Notes: generated from the letters alone by a model not told the origin. A stretch of 24,000 nt of DNA from Macrococcus lamae (GCF_004359545.1 NZ_SCWB01000019.1:1-24000); one strand, 5' to 3'. Numbered from the stretch's first letter, positions 7,616-18,101 are shown. Program-made: numbers and translations.

Positions 7616-9418
7616 TTATTCTACTGTTACTGATTTCGCTAAGTTACGCGGTTTGTCAACGTCACAGTCTCTATGAAGTGCTGCGTAGTACGCAATCAGC
7701 TGAGTCGTTACGACTGAAACAAGTGGCGCGAGCATTTCATGAACAGCTGGAATGACGTAAGTATCGCCTTCCTGCTCAAGACCGCTCATTGTAATGATAC
7801 ATGGATTCGCACCACGTGCGACAACTTCCTTCACGTTACCGCGGATTGATAAGTTCACTGCTTCCTGTGTTGCAAGTGCAATAACAGGCGTGCCTTCTTC
7901 AATCAACGCGATTGTACCATGTTTCAATTCACCGCCGGCAAAGCCCTCTGCCTGGATGTAAGAGATTTCTTTCAGTTTCAATGATCCTTCAACGCCTACA
8001 TAATAGTCCATTGTACGGCCGATGAAGAATGCATTACGCGTTGTTGCAAGGAATTCACGTGCAATTTCTTCCATGCGTGGTGCGTCGTCGACAACAGTTG
8101 TGATCGCCGCTGTCACTTTTGCAAGTTCAGGCAGCAAGTCGATATCTGCTTCGTGGCCGGCATCTTTTGCGACAACTTGAGCTAAAATCGCAAGAACTGC
8201 AATCTGTGCTGTATAAGCTTTAGTTGATGCTACTGCAATCTCTGGACCCGCATGAAGAATCAATGTATGATCCGCTTCACGGGATAACGTAGAACCTGGC
8301 ACGTTTGTGATTGTCAGTGCTGTATGACCCAGCTCTTTGACCGCGACAAGGACGGCACGGCTGTCTGCTGTTTCACCTGACTGAGAAATGAAGATGAACA
8401 ATGGCTTCTCAGATAATAACGGCATATTGTAAACGAACTCACTTGCCACGTGAACTTCTGTCGGAACCTTCGCCCATTTCTCAAGGTATTCTTTACCGAC
8501 AAGACCAGCATTGTAAGACGTTCCACATGCAACGATATAGATGCGGTCAACCTGACGTACAGCCTGGATGATGTCAGCATCTACTTTAAGCGCGCCATCA
8601 GCATCCTGATATTCCTGAATGATTTTACGCATTACGCCTGGTTGTTCGTGGATTTCTTTCAACATATAGTGTGCATAAGTGCCTTTCTCTATATCAGATG
8701 CATCGATTTCAGCTTTGTAAGGCGCACGTTCAATGACGTTACCTTCAACATCCTTAATTGTCACACTGTCTTTAGTGACAAGCACGATTTCACCATCAAC
8801 AAGTTCAACGTATGTGTCTGTCACTTGCAGCATCGCCATAGCGTCTGATGCGATGACGTTGAATCCTTCGCCAAGACCGACAAGTAACGGTGATTTGTTT
8901 TTTGCTACATAAATCACGTCAGGATTTTCTTTATCGAGTAAACCTAATGCATAAGACCCGTGCAATAATTTCAGAACTGCGACGAATGCTTCTTCAGTAG
9001 CCATGCCTTCTTTCGCGAAATGTTCTACTAACTGCACGATGATCTCAGTGTCTGTATCTGATTTGAATGTCACATCTGATAAATACTCTTTTTTAAGCTG
9101 CTCGTAGTTCTCGATCACACCGTTATGCACTAATGTGAAACGCTCAGATTCTGATTGATGCGGGTGAGAGTTCACATGATTCGGTACACCATGCGTCGCC
9201 CAGCGTGTATGACCGATACCAGTAGAAGTTTCGAATGATGAATCAACGACTTTGCGCAGTTCAGCGATCCGACCTTTTTCTTTGTAGACACGTACATCTT
9301 CACCGTTACGGACAGCGATACCCGCTGAATCATAACCACGGTACTCTAATTTCTCAAGACCTTTTAATAAAATTTCCTTTGCATCTTCTGTTCCAATATA
9401 TCCAACGATACCACACAT
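7616..9418 (-). CDS. glmS: Glutamine--fructose-6-phosphate aminotransferase (isomerizing)
   Basis: [10 protein letters not shown]-terminal class II amidotransferase, [18 protein letters not shown], and C-terminus NLAKSVTVE. Confidence 0.98.
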   Translation of the reverse strand: MCGIVGYIGTEDAKEILLKGLEKLEYRGYDSAGIAVRNGEDVRVYKEKGRIAELRKVVDSSFETSTGIGHTRWATHGVPNHVNSHPHQSESERFTLVHNGVIENYEQLKKEYLSDVTFKSDTDTEIIVQLVEHFAKEGMATEEAFVAVLKLLHGSYALGLLDKENPDVIYVAKNKSPLLVGLGEGFNVIASDAMAMLQVTDTYVELVDGEIVLVTKDSVTIKDVEGNVIERAPYKAEIDASDIEKGTYAHYMLKEIHEQPGVMRKIIQEYQDADGALKVDADIIQAVRQVDRIYIVACGTSYNAGLVGKEYLEKWAKVPTEVHVASEFVYNMPLLSEKPLFIFISQSGETADSRAVLVAVKELGHTALTITNVPGSTLSREADHTLILHAGPEIAVASTKAYTAQIAVLAILAQVVAKDAGHEADIDLLPELAKVTAAITTVVDDAPRMEEIAREFLATTRNAFFIGRTMDYYVGVEGSLKLKEISYIQAEGFAGGELKHGTIALIEEGTPVIALATQEAVNLSIRGNVKEVVARGANPCIITMSGLEQEGDTYVIPAVHEMLAPLVSVVTTQLIAYYAALHRDCDVDKPRNLAKSVTVE

Positions 9419-9487
9419 AATGATTTCCTCCGATTGCTGGCTTATGCCATATTTTATAAATGTGTATTTCAGTATGTCAGTTTAGAG

Positions 9488-9640
9488 TATTTGCTTGCGC
9501 TGACGTCTTTGTGCCACCAGTCACCTGGCAGATTTAACGATCAGCTATCGAATAAGCATGTCCGGAATGGCATCCGCCGAAAGTTCGATAACCATTCTCC
9601 TCGTCAACAGTATCCACTGTTCTGGCGCTGTATCCCTTAT
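9488..9640 (-). ncRNA. glmS ribozyme/riboswitch
   Basis: Minus strand carries AGCGCCAGAAC...TTGACGAGGAGAATGGTTATCGA...TTTCGGCGGATGCC..., the conserved glmS ribozyme core, directly upstream of glmS. Predicted cleavage is 5' of G at 9628. Outer bounds are approximate. Confidence 0.95.
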
Positions 9641-9744
9641 TACTCCTTTAATCCTCCTGTTCTGCTAAACTTTATTAATTGTACTATTTTTTCATAATTC
9701 AAACAAGGGTGGAGATTTCCGGACTTTTTCTCTTCATTAATGAC

Positions 9745-10788
9745 TCAGTCCCAAAAATCATCCGTCATGTGCTCTAGCCGCTGCAGCGCTTCTTCGACAC
9801 CATAACTGATGCCTTCCTTGGCAAAGTCACGCTCGTGTTTTGTAATTTCCCGTGCTGCGAACAAAAAGGTATAGAAGCGTCTCAGCGATGTGCCGAACTG
9901 TCTGACTTCCTTACTTCCCACCCATAGCGCCTTCCGAACGAGGAAGTCATCCAGGAAATCATACGGGTCACGCATATCAGTCACTGGCGTTCTGATGCCG
10001 TAATTCAGCAGATAGACGTCGACGAAAAAGGCGATATTTTCTACGTGTTCGGAAGCTGTCTGCTCCGTCATTTTATCGTGATTGATCAAATAATGGCGGA
10101 ATGACTCGAGCAGCTTCTGATTATTGTCTTGAACCTCTGCAGCAATCGTCTCATAGCCCTCAAACCAGCCTCCGTTCGCTGCGTAGTCATCCCAGTGAGA
10201 GAACGGCTGCCACGTGCGCGTCACTTTGTATCGTGTCATCTTCTGGTGTTCGAGTGGCACGACAGGTCTCAATTTAATATGCGCTTTGAACGCTTGCTTC
10301 AGGGCTGACTTGCCCGTACGATATTCCGGCTTCAGAAACGGATAGTCGCTGAGCTTGTCCATCAATGGCTGAGGAAATCGCTCCGTTAAATCAATGTGCT
10401 GGTAGGACAGCAGCTTGACATACTGATTAACCGCACTGATAACCGAACGATTATAAGCTGTATTCACTTCCAGCGTCCTGGCATTGGTTAAATACCGTTC
10501 AATATTATCCGGGTCATGCAGCACTGCATTGAACTGCTGTCTAATCCCCTGTTCAATCAGCACATCCAATTGTTTTCTATCCTGCGCCTTAACGTCCGTA
10601 ATAATCACCGGCGTATAAGTCAGGTCATTGACGAGAACAAGCACTTTCTTACGGTCGACGTTGATATAAGTCGCATGCCATGAATACAGCGGATTAGCAG
10701 CAGCGGCACTTTCCGCCTCTAGTCTACTTGTGCTCGGCGTTAACTGATTGAACAGTGGCAAGGTCTTCTTAGTAGGATTGATGATCAT
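9745..10788 (-). CDS. Hypothetical protein, N-terminal DUF6933-like
   Basis: MIINPTKKTLPLF...YSWHATYINVDRKKVLVLVNDLTYTPVII resembles the DUF6933 region. The C-terminal region is unassigned. Confidence 0.6.
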   Translation of the reverse strand: MIINPTKKTLPLFNQLTPSTSRLEAESAAAANPLYSWHATYINVDRKKVLVLVNDLTYTPVIITDVKAQDRKQLDVLIEQGIRQQFNAVLHDPDNIERYLTNARTLEVNTAYNRSVISAVNQYVKLLSYQHIDLTERFPQPLMDKLSDYPFLKPEYRTGKSALKQAFKAHIKLRPVVPLEHQKMTRYKVTRTWQPFSHWDDYAANGGWFEGYETIAAEVQDNNQKLLESFRHYLINHDKMTEQTASEHVENIAFFVDVYLLNYGIRTPVTDMRDPYDFLDDFLVRKALWVGSKEVRQFGTSLRRFYTFLFAAREITKHERDFAKEGISYGVEEALQRLEHMTDDFWD

Positions 10789-10851
10789 CGAATTCCTCGT
10801 TTCTGGGGTGGATTTGCAGGTTGGTCATCGGGAAGATGGACATCATTGACA

Positions 10852-11625
10852 TCAATCAACAATAGCCGCCACCTTTGCTTTGTCCGACCATCTGACAATT
10901 TCTATATCTTCACTGCGAGCAGCCATTAAAACTTTATCTGATAGCTTATTATCCTCGTCATTGGCAATTATCTTATAAACGGGCTTGATTCCTTCCAGAT
11001 GATAACGTTCATTGACGACATCCTTGTATTTAAAGGCATCCGTAGTAAAGACATTGAAATTCAGGTCGTTCACGAAATCAATCAGGATCTCTGGCTTATG
11101 CTTACGAGGATTGATCACAAAGTTAATTTTATAATTGATGCCAGTCGTTCCGGTCAGACTTTGATTATATGAACCATATATTTCTTTTTCCTCAAAATAA
11201 GACAACACTTCGTCGACAAACAAATTAGAAACATTACTCTTAGTAGTCATAGTCAAATCATAAATTTTCAAAATGCCTTGCATTAAATCATGCTTGCTCT
11301 GTGCAAAGTGTCTTGCATCTGTATCAATATATATTTCATTATCAGCCATGCTTAAATTAAATTGTTTGAGTGTATGTGAAATAATTCTTTGTCGCGTCTC
11401 ATTCTTAAAATCAATCAACTACATCTCAAGTTCATTTAATGTCTGCCCGTCGTCAGATAAACGAAATTGATTATTTTCAAGAGGTTCTACGTATATGCGA
11501 ATATAGTCATTGATATGATTACGGAATGGCGTCTCAATCTCCACCACTTCATTAAGATAATTAATAGACGATTTGTTCTTCAAAAACAAAAAATAATCAT
11601 TCATCAGCTGATCGATATTTTTCAT
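10852..11625 (-). pseudogene. DUF1828/DUF1829-type protein interrupted by an in-frame TAG (ORF track splits it as 11419..11625 and 10852..11418)
   Basis: Same frame on both sides: ...RLSDDGQTLNELEM-TAG-LIDFKNETRQRIISHTLKQF... N-part is DUF1828-like and C-part DUF1829-like. Confidence 0.75.
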
Positions 11626-11843
11626 ATACGCTGCTCCTTTTTATAGTATGTCATCAAAGATGAAGGAAGCCAAAGATTTCTTTCATAATATCATAAAACT
11701 TTAACAGCAGTTCCTTTAACTATATTACCAGCTTTATCTTCAAAGTAGACTGTAAGGACTGCGGTAAGTTATACAATCAAGTTAGCCATCTAAGATGGAA
11801 GATACATTATTTATAAAAAAATACGCCATACTGATAAAAAAAC

Positions 11844-11864
11844 TTACACTGTGAAAGTGTAAGC
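11844..11864 (-). terminator. Terminator downstream of fmdB
   Basis: CTTACACT-GTGAA-AGTGTAAG with an A-run on the plus strand (T-run on the transcript). Confidence 0.75.
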
Positions 11865-11868
11865 TTCC

Positions 11869-12138
11869 CTATAACGTCCATGGCATAGGATTTTGATTAC
11901 GATTGAGTTGTTTGACATTACTCTTTGGGAGGTTTTCGCGTTTAACGACTTTCGGTGTCATGCCTGAATTGATTCTTTTGTATAACTTTGAATCCATTTG
12001 ATTCGTTCTAAAACTTTTATAGATCCGGTTTGTCACTTCACCACATTCAGGGCAGGCGTCTTCTTGCAAATTACTGTTCATTGATTTCCATATGTCATAT
12101 TCTCCGCAACGTTGGCAAACAAATGTATATTTAGGCAT
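11869..12138 (-). CDS. FmdB-family zinc ribbon protein
   Basis: MPKYTFVCQRCGEYDIWKSMN...DACPECGEVTNRIYKSF, C-x2-C...C-x2-C. Adjacent to the formamidase gene. Confidence 0.85.
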   Translation of the reverse strand: MPKYTFVCQRCGEYDIWKSMNSNLQEDACPECGEVTNRIYKSFRTNQMDSKLYKRINSGMTPKVVKRENLPKSNVKQLNRNQNPMPWTL

Positions 12139-13325
12139 TATTCATCAAGCTTCGGAATAATATTATTTAAGAAGATTTCTTTAGGTAAAGAAACCGTACA
12201 ACATGCATTTGGAACATCAACAATACCCGCAACATTACCTTGAACGGGTGCTGATCCGAGTAGCATATAAGCCTGCTCACCTGTGTAACCGCATGATTTC
12301 AAGAATTCAATCGCATTGAGACATGCATTTCTGTATGCCGTATTGGCATCTAAATACGTTTGGTCACCAGAAAATTCATTGACTGAGATCCCTTCAAATA
12401 CTAAGTACTCATTATAATGCGGCATCACTGGCCCGGGTTGGAAGGCCGGATTTCTCTTAATCTTGTACTTGTCCATGCCACCTTTAATGACATTCACTTT
12501 AAGCTTAATCCAGCCGGGCATTTCAATACCGCCACAGAAAGTAATCTCACCGTCACCTTGAGAGAAATGTAAATCCCCAACAGATAGCTTAGCACCATCA
12601 ACAAATACAGGGAAGTAAATTCTGGAACCTTTCGATAAGTTCTTAATATCACAGTTACCACCGTTCTCACGTGGTGGTACAGTACGTGCACCTTCTTTAG
12701 CCACACGATCAAAATCTGCGCCTTTCAACGTACCCAGTACACAAGAATCAGGATCTGGTAAATTCGCTAATGCCGGGACTCGATTCGGATTCGTATCAAC
12801 TAATGCCTTCTCACGTCTATTCCACTCATCCAGCATTTCCTGACTCGGTGCAACACCAATTAAGCCAGGGTGAATAATACCTGCAAATTTAACATTCGGG
12901 ACATGACGACTCGTCGCATAAATACCTTCAAAATCCCAAATTGACTTCGCTGCATTTGGATAATGATCCACTAAGAAACTACCGCCATTTTCCTTAGCAA
13001 AAATACCATTAAAACCCCACTCATGCGCACTGAAAGTACCAATATCTAAAATATCAACCACTAACAAATCACCAGGTTCAACACCATTAACATAAACCGG
13101 ACCACTCAGAACATGAACACGATTTAAATTAACGTTCTTAATATCTGTTGGATCATCATTATTGCTGATCTGACCATCCGTCCAGTCTAAACATTCCATT
13201 TTGAAACTTTCCCCAGGTTCAACAGAAAAAGCAGCCGGAATATCAGGATGCCATCTATTATGTCCTGGATATTTCTGTTCGTGCATCTTTTTAGTTAAAT
13301 CGATTTCGAAGATTTTTTTCGCCAT
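12138..13325 (-). CDS. fmdA: Acetamidase/formamidase family protein
   Basis: HVLSGPVYVNGVEPGDLLVVDILDIG, FAGIIHPGLIGVAPS, DLHFSQGDGEITFCGGIEM, typical of the FmdA/AmdA family. Confidence 0.93.
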   Translation of the reverse strand: MAKKIFEIDLTKKMHEQKYPGHNRWHPDIPAAFSVEPGESFKMECLDWTDGQISNNDDPTDIKNVNLNRVHVLSGPVYVNGVEPGDLLVVDILDIGTFSAHEWGFNGIFAKENGGSFLVDHYPNAAKSIWDFEGIYATSRHVPNVKFAGIIHPGLIGVAPSQEMLDEWNRREKALVDTNPNRVPALANLPDPDSCVLGTLKGADFDRVAKEGARTVPPRENGGNCDIKNLSKGSRIYFPVFVDGAKLSVGDLHFSQGDGEITFCGGIEMPGWIKLKVNVIKGGMDKYKIKRNPAFQPGPVMPHYNEYLVFEGISVNEFSGDQTYLDANTAYRNACLNAIEFLKSCGYTGEQAYMLLGSAPVQGNVAGIVDVPNACCTVSLPKEIFLNNIIPKLDE

Positions 13326-13415
13326 TTGAGTCCCTCCTATTAAACTAATATTACACTTTTAGTATAGTAATATTTTCTGAAAATTACAATTTTTATGGAG
13401 TTAAAAAATAAAAAA

Positions 13416-13437
13416 AGACAAGAAATCAATCTTGTCT
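13416..13437 (-). terminator. Terminator hairpin downstream of the KAP NTPase gene
   Basis: AGACAAGA-AATCAA-TCTTGTCT next to an A-run. Confidence 0.65.
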
Positions 13438-13591
13438 CAAAGTCTCCAATAATCTATTTTCACTTTGACATGCTACTATAACTGACAAAGACGCATAATA
13501 TCAATCTTCTGGTAAAACTGATGCTGAAGACTAAGAAATCGTCATAATTAATTCACATCAACTTGGTAATAATCATCTTTATTATTGACTA

Positions 13592-15451
13592 TTATTTTAT
13601 CGACCTAACTTTAAACTTCAATCTATTATAATCATATTCATTTTCAGTTACAGCATACAATATTCTATATAATGCATCCAATCCCGCTTCAGCATTATAG
13701 TGATAACCGAGTTTCAGTTTCTTATTTTTTTCAGGTATATATATTGTTGCACACTTAGGATATTTAGTATCATCCTTTTCTATTATCTCCGCTTCTTTAG
13801 CAACGCTTTCCGGCACGTTATTCTCTATTAAAAATTGAGGATTTGATAAACGTTCTAAATAGATTTCTTGATTGTTTATATCTCTTAATAAATCACTTAT
13901 TACTACGCTGAAAGCATACTTCGGTTCCATATTTTCCTTAAGACTTCCATCAATCTGTTTTAAAGAAATCGATTTTCTCTGAATCTTATATTTATATCTC
14001 TCTTTATAGAAATCTTGAAGACTAATTTCTTCTTCATCACCAAACGTTCTTACATTCTCTATTGTATCAGTCTTCTCTCCAGAACTTGTCGTTTCACTAT
14101 AACCAAGAATATTAATGAAATCAGTCAAATGATCAGTAGACAGTTCCTCATTTTCACTTATTCCTAACTTCCCTGACTCGTCATTAAAATAGAGTGAATT
14201 AAGAAGGTCGTGTGTTAGCTGTAAAAACCTTTCGTATTTTTTAAGATTATACTCAATCTCTTCATCATATACAGTACCGTAATTAAAATGTTCTAATTCT
14301 TCATGTAACTGATTATCGAAAGATATATCTTCTTCCGTTGTTTGAGTTATGAGTTCTAATATTTTCTCTTCATCATGTTTATACTTAATAAGTAAAATAT
14401 ATAGAGGCTGACTAGATAATTGCATACAAATAACAGAAAGCATTAGAGCTTGATATTTTTTATCGTTCATTAACGTTTGATCTAATGCCATCACTCGCAT
14501 ATTTAATGAGTAATAATTTATAAGTCTTTTAATCGCTCTAGGATTGCTACCAACTGAAAACTTAATTATTTCTAACAAAGGTTTGATATAGTTATCCGTA
14601 TTATCTTTAAATAAATCTATTTTTTCTTTAAGCAATGATTCATATTTATAAACTTCAACTGGAATTTTAAAAGGTACTTGAATCATTTTTTCCATAAAAC
14701 TTTTAGTTTTCTCATTCGAAGTATTTTTTATATGTTTAACACCTTGTTCTATCACTTTGTTATCAACCGCTAAAACAAATACGCAACCTTCTACATCAAC
14801 AAATAGTTTAATCACTTCTAATAATTTAACTGCAATTTCTGGTGATAAACGATCTAAGTCATCGATAAAGATGACTATTCTCCCGTCTTTACCTAATCTA
14901 GAAAGTCTATTATTAACAACTTCTTGCATAGTTTTCCTCAACACACTTATCATTTGTGCAATGTCTAAAGTTGTTAACTCATTTCCATCTTCTTGAGTTT
15001 CTGCATCTTTACCTATTGGAAATGTATATCCTAGTGGACCTAAAGTGATAGTTCCACCACTCACTGCTTTCGATAGTCCATTTAAAATTTTATTAATTCT
15101 TCCTCTTTCTTTTTCATTTTCTTGTACTCCAATTTCATTTATAAGATACTTCAGAAAGGAAATGCCTATATGATGCTCTAAATTAAATTGTGAATATTGC
15201 CACGTATTAAATTTAAATGTAATTATCTTATCTCGGTTGTTTTCTCTAAGATAATTATCTATAAAGTTTATAAATGATGTCTTCCCTGTTCCCCAACCAC
15301 CTTGTAATGCGATAGTGATAGGTGTCTCACAATACTCAATAAATTCGCCCAATGCTTCAACATATGGTATGATTTCAAATTTATCATGCTTACTTTCACT
15401 TATTGGAGTATCATTTGTTCCCAAACCATATTCTCTTCTTGTTTTCATCAA
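13592..15451 (-). CDS. KAP-family P-loop NTPase
   Basis: Walker A LQGGWGTGKTSF, Walker B RIVIFIDDLDRLSPE, FKFNTWQYSQF, and SVGSNPRAIKRLINYY, all hallmarks of KAP NTPases. Confidence 0.9.
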   Translation of the reverse strand: MMKTRREYGLGTNDTPISESKHDKFEIIPYVEALGEFIEYCETPITIALQGGWGTGKTSFINFIDNYLRENNRDKIITFKFNTWQYSQFNLEHHIGISFLKYLINEIGVQENEKERGRINKILNGLSKAVSGGTITLGPLGYTFPIGKDAETQEDGNELTTLDIAQMISVLRKTMQEVVNNRLSRLGKDGRIVIFIDDLDRLSPEIAVKLLEVIKLFVDVEGCVFVLAVDNKVIEQGVKHIKNTSNEKTKSFMEKMIQVPFKIPVEVYKYESLLKEKIDLFKDNTDNYIKPLLEIIKFSVGSNPRAIKRLINYYSLNMRVMALDQTLMNDKKYQALMLSVICMQLSSQPLYILLIKYKHDEEKILELITQTTEEDISFDNQLHEELEHFNYGTVYDEEIEYNLKKYERFLQLTHDLLNSLYFNDESGKLGISENEELSTDHLTDFINILGYSETTSSGEKTDTIENVRTFGDEEEISLQDFYKERYKYKIQRKSISLKQIDGSLKENMEPKYAFSVVISDLLRDINNQEIYLERLSNPQFLIENNVPESVAKEAEIIEKDDTKYPKCATIYIPEKNKKLKLGYHYNAEAGLDALYRILYAVTENEYDYNRLKFKVRSIK

Positions 15452-15691
15452 ACTCTCCCCTTTTTACAAACTTAATTCACAGTATTTCTCTTTTAAGCCT
15501 TACAAATAAATTTAGAATAAATTTTGCTTTCACACCACTTTGACCTTTTAAATTTGCTTTTCTCTTCTTATCACACTTAATCTCCTAATAAGTAAAATTG
15601 TCAATATAATTTATTGTTTACATAAACATTATACTTCTAAGTTATTAAAATAGTATAATTACTTTGTAAATATTTTATTATGAGGGTTTAT

Positions 15692-15949
15692 ATGGAAAAA
15701 AATGAGATGGAGATAATACGACTTATTAAGTCCATTAACCACAATAAAGATTTCTAATATCGTTTCCATCAAACAATTGTGACCCATAATTTCACAAATG
15801 TGCAGGATGATCTTGCTCATTATCTGAAAGTCCATATTCTGTTAAGTCATATTGAAAGTAATTTGTCTAAAGCCAAGCTGATAGAAAAAAATTATACGGT
15901 ATCTCTGCAAATAGATGTGTCACACCACTCATATCTAGAGATACAATAA
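15692..15949 (+). pseudogene. Possible small gene interrupted by in-frame TAA at codon 22
   Basis: MEKNEMEIIRLIKSINHNKDF-TAA-YRFHQTIVTHNFTNVQDDLAHYLKVHILLSHIESNLSKAKLIEKNYTVSLQIDVSHHSYLEIQ-TAA, with a GAGGG SD upstream. Confidence 0.4.
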
Positions 15950-15975
15950 ACTCATTACAGAAAGGTGGGCGCGTC

Positions 15976-17745
15976 ATGGATATTCAAGAACGTGCAGTTC
16001 AGATTTTAAAAGAGACTTATGGTGAGTCGAGTCAGTTCCGCGAGGGTCAGCTTGAGGCGATTACGGCGGTTGTGAATAAGGAGAAGTCGCTGGTCATTCA
16101 GAAGACGGGGTGGGGTAAGTCGATTGTCTATTTTATTGCGACGAAGATTCTGCGCGAGCGCGGTGCCGGGCCGACGATTATCATCAGCCCGCTTCTCGCT
16201 CTGATGCATAACCAGATAGAGGCTGCATCTAAACTCGGGCTTGATATTGTGACCATCAACAGTCAGAATCGTGAGGACTGGGATGCGATTTATAAGCGGC
16301 TCAATGACGTTGATGCGATCATTGTCTCGCCTGAGAAGTTATCGAGTCCTGAGTTTATTGAGCGGCTGTCTGCTGTGTCTGATATACAGATGGTTGTGGT
16401 AGATGAGGCGCATTCGATTTCTGACTGGGGGCATGACTTCCGTCCGGATTATCAGCGTATCGTCTATCTGCTGCAGTCTTTTCCCGACCATATCGCCATC
16501 CTCGGTACAACGGCGACGGCTAATGACCGGGTGATTGAGGATATCAAGAATCAGCTGGGCGATCTGAATGTTTTTCGCGGTGATTTGATTCGGGATAATA
16601 TCTCTATTCAGGTCAATCCGTCTCAGAGCAAAGTTGAACGCCTCGCGTTTATCACGGATGCTTTGACTCGCCATCCGTTTTTAAGTCAGAAGCAAGGGAT
16701 TATCTACTGTCTGACGAAAAAGGAATGTGAGTCTGTTGCTCAGTTTCTAGTTCAGCACGGTATTTCTGCACCGGCCTATTATTCAGGTGTACAAGGAGAG
16801 TCTGGCGAAGATATTTCCGAGGAAATTCTAAGTGCTTTTCATAGCGGTGAGACACGTGTGATTGTCTCCACTGTAAAGCTCGGTATGGGTTATGACAAAT
16901 CGGATATCGGTTTCGTCATTCATTTCCAGCTGCCGCAGAACCTGATTGCCTACTATCAGCAGATTGGCCGTGCCGGGCGCGATGGTTCTCCTAGTCTCGC
17001 AGTGCTCCTGCATGGTGATGAAGACGAGGAAATCATCAAGTCATTTATTGAAGGTGCGAATAAAGATCCAGAGCTGTTGTCACAGATTCTGGATCTCTTG
17101 CATAACAATGACCAGGGGCTAAAGCGCAACGAGATTCTGCAGCATTTCAATCTGAATGTTACAAAGCTGTCGTCTGTCTTAAAATACCTCTATGTCCATA
17201 ACTATATTTATATGGATAAGACCACCTATCATCTCAACCGCAACCAGCACTTCGATGCTGTGCGAAATGCTGAGGTCCAGCAGCAGCTGAATGAGACACG
17301 TCTAGCTGAGCTCGCAAGATTAAAGGACTTCATTGAATACGACGGCTGCTATATGAAGTTTATTGCAGACGAGCTGGATGCACCGGATGCCAAGGAGACT
17401 TGCGGTATCTGCGTCCATTGCCGAGGTCGCCAGTTTATTGTCATGAAAGATGATAATCCGTATCTGGAAGCTGCCCGCGACTACAAGAACCAGCTGCACG
17501 GTGTCATCAAGCCACGAAAAAGATGGTCGAATAATAAGAAGATTGAATTTATATCTATCCGCCAACATATATATTGTAGGTCCATCGTGCAATTAATAGG
17601 GCATCCGTTATATAATTGTAAAAAATCCCTCCTACTTCTTATAAACTTTTGTTCTGAACATGTAACTATTGAATCCAATCGTACTTACAAAGATAACTGC
17701 AAACAGAACATAGGGTCCCCACTCTGGTCCGAAGTTGGTGACTAA
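15976..17745 (+). pseudogene. RecQ-like helicase paralog lacking the PRTase-like domain. Homology to 822..2900 ends near 17544.
   Basis: Same motifs as copy 1 (QKTGWGKS, DEAHSISDWGHDFRPDY, QQIGRAGRDG, CGICVHC). Last shared residues are KRWSNNKKIE. The remaining 60-odd codons are unrelated and run antisense into the 17632..17946 gene. Confidence 0.8.
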
Positions 17746-17946
17746 ATAGAGTGCAATAATTGCTGCACTGACAACAAACAAAAACTTGCCCATACCCTGG
17801 CATAATTTCTTCTCGTCATACTGGCTCTGCTGGTCTTTACTCATCGTATTGTAGCCGGCGATCAGCATCGCACCTTTCCCCATTGAAAACATAACAGCAA
17901 GCGGTATAAGGATGAATAATATGATAATCAGTACAACAAGCGGCAT
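17632..17946 (-). CDS. DUF3784-like small membrane protein (copy 2)
   Basis: GKGAMLIAGYNTMSKDQQSQYDEKKLCQGMGKFLF. Clear paralog of 3993..4307. Confidence 0.8.
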   Translation of the reverse strand: MPLVVLIIILFILIPLAVMFSMGKGAMLIAGYNTMSKDQQSQYDEKKLCQGMGKFLFVVSAAIIALYLVTNFGPEWGPYVLFAVIFVSTIGFNSYMFRTKVYKK

Positions 17947-18101
17947 GTAGTTCCCTCCGTTTTTTAATCTATTCTTTTCAATTTTATCTTATTTTCCGTA
18001 TTTGTGTATTTAATTTCCATAAACCGATTTTCAAAAGCACCAAACAAGACAGCAAATTGTCATCAATGTATGTGACAAAGTTAAGTTTAGTATGTGTTGT
18101 G

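Noticed and set aside
7616-9418. Plus-strand ORFs 8450..8848 and other antisense ORFs across glmS
   Set aside because: They lie wholly antisense to a highly conserved gene, have low-complexity implausible translations and no independent SD support.
9488-9640. Highly structured leader upstream of glmS
   Set aside because: It matches the well-known glmS ribozyme core, so it is listed as a feature and not as a novelty.
17481-17678. Minus-strand 65-aa ORF at the RecQ copy 2 junction
   Set aside because: It spans the recombination junction and antisense helicase sequence. There is no plausible domain.
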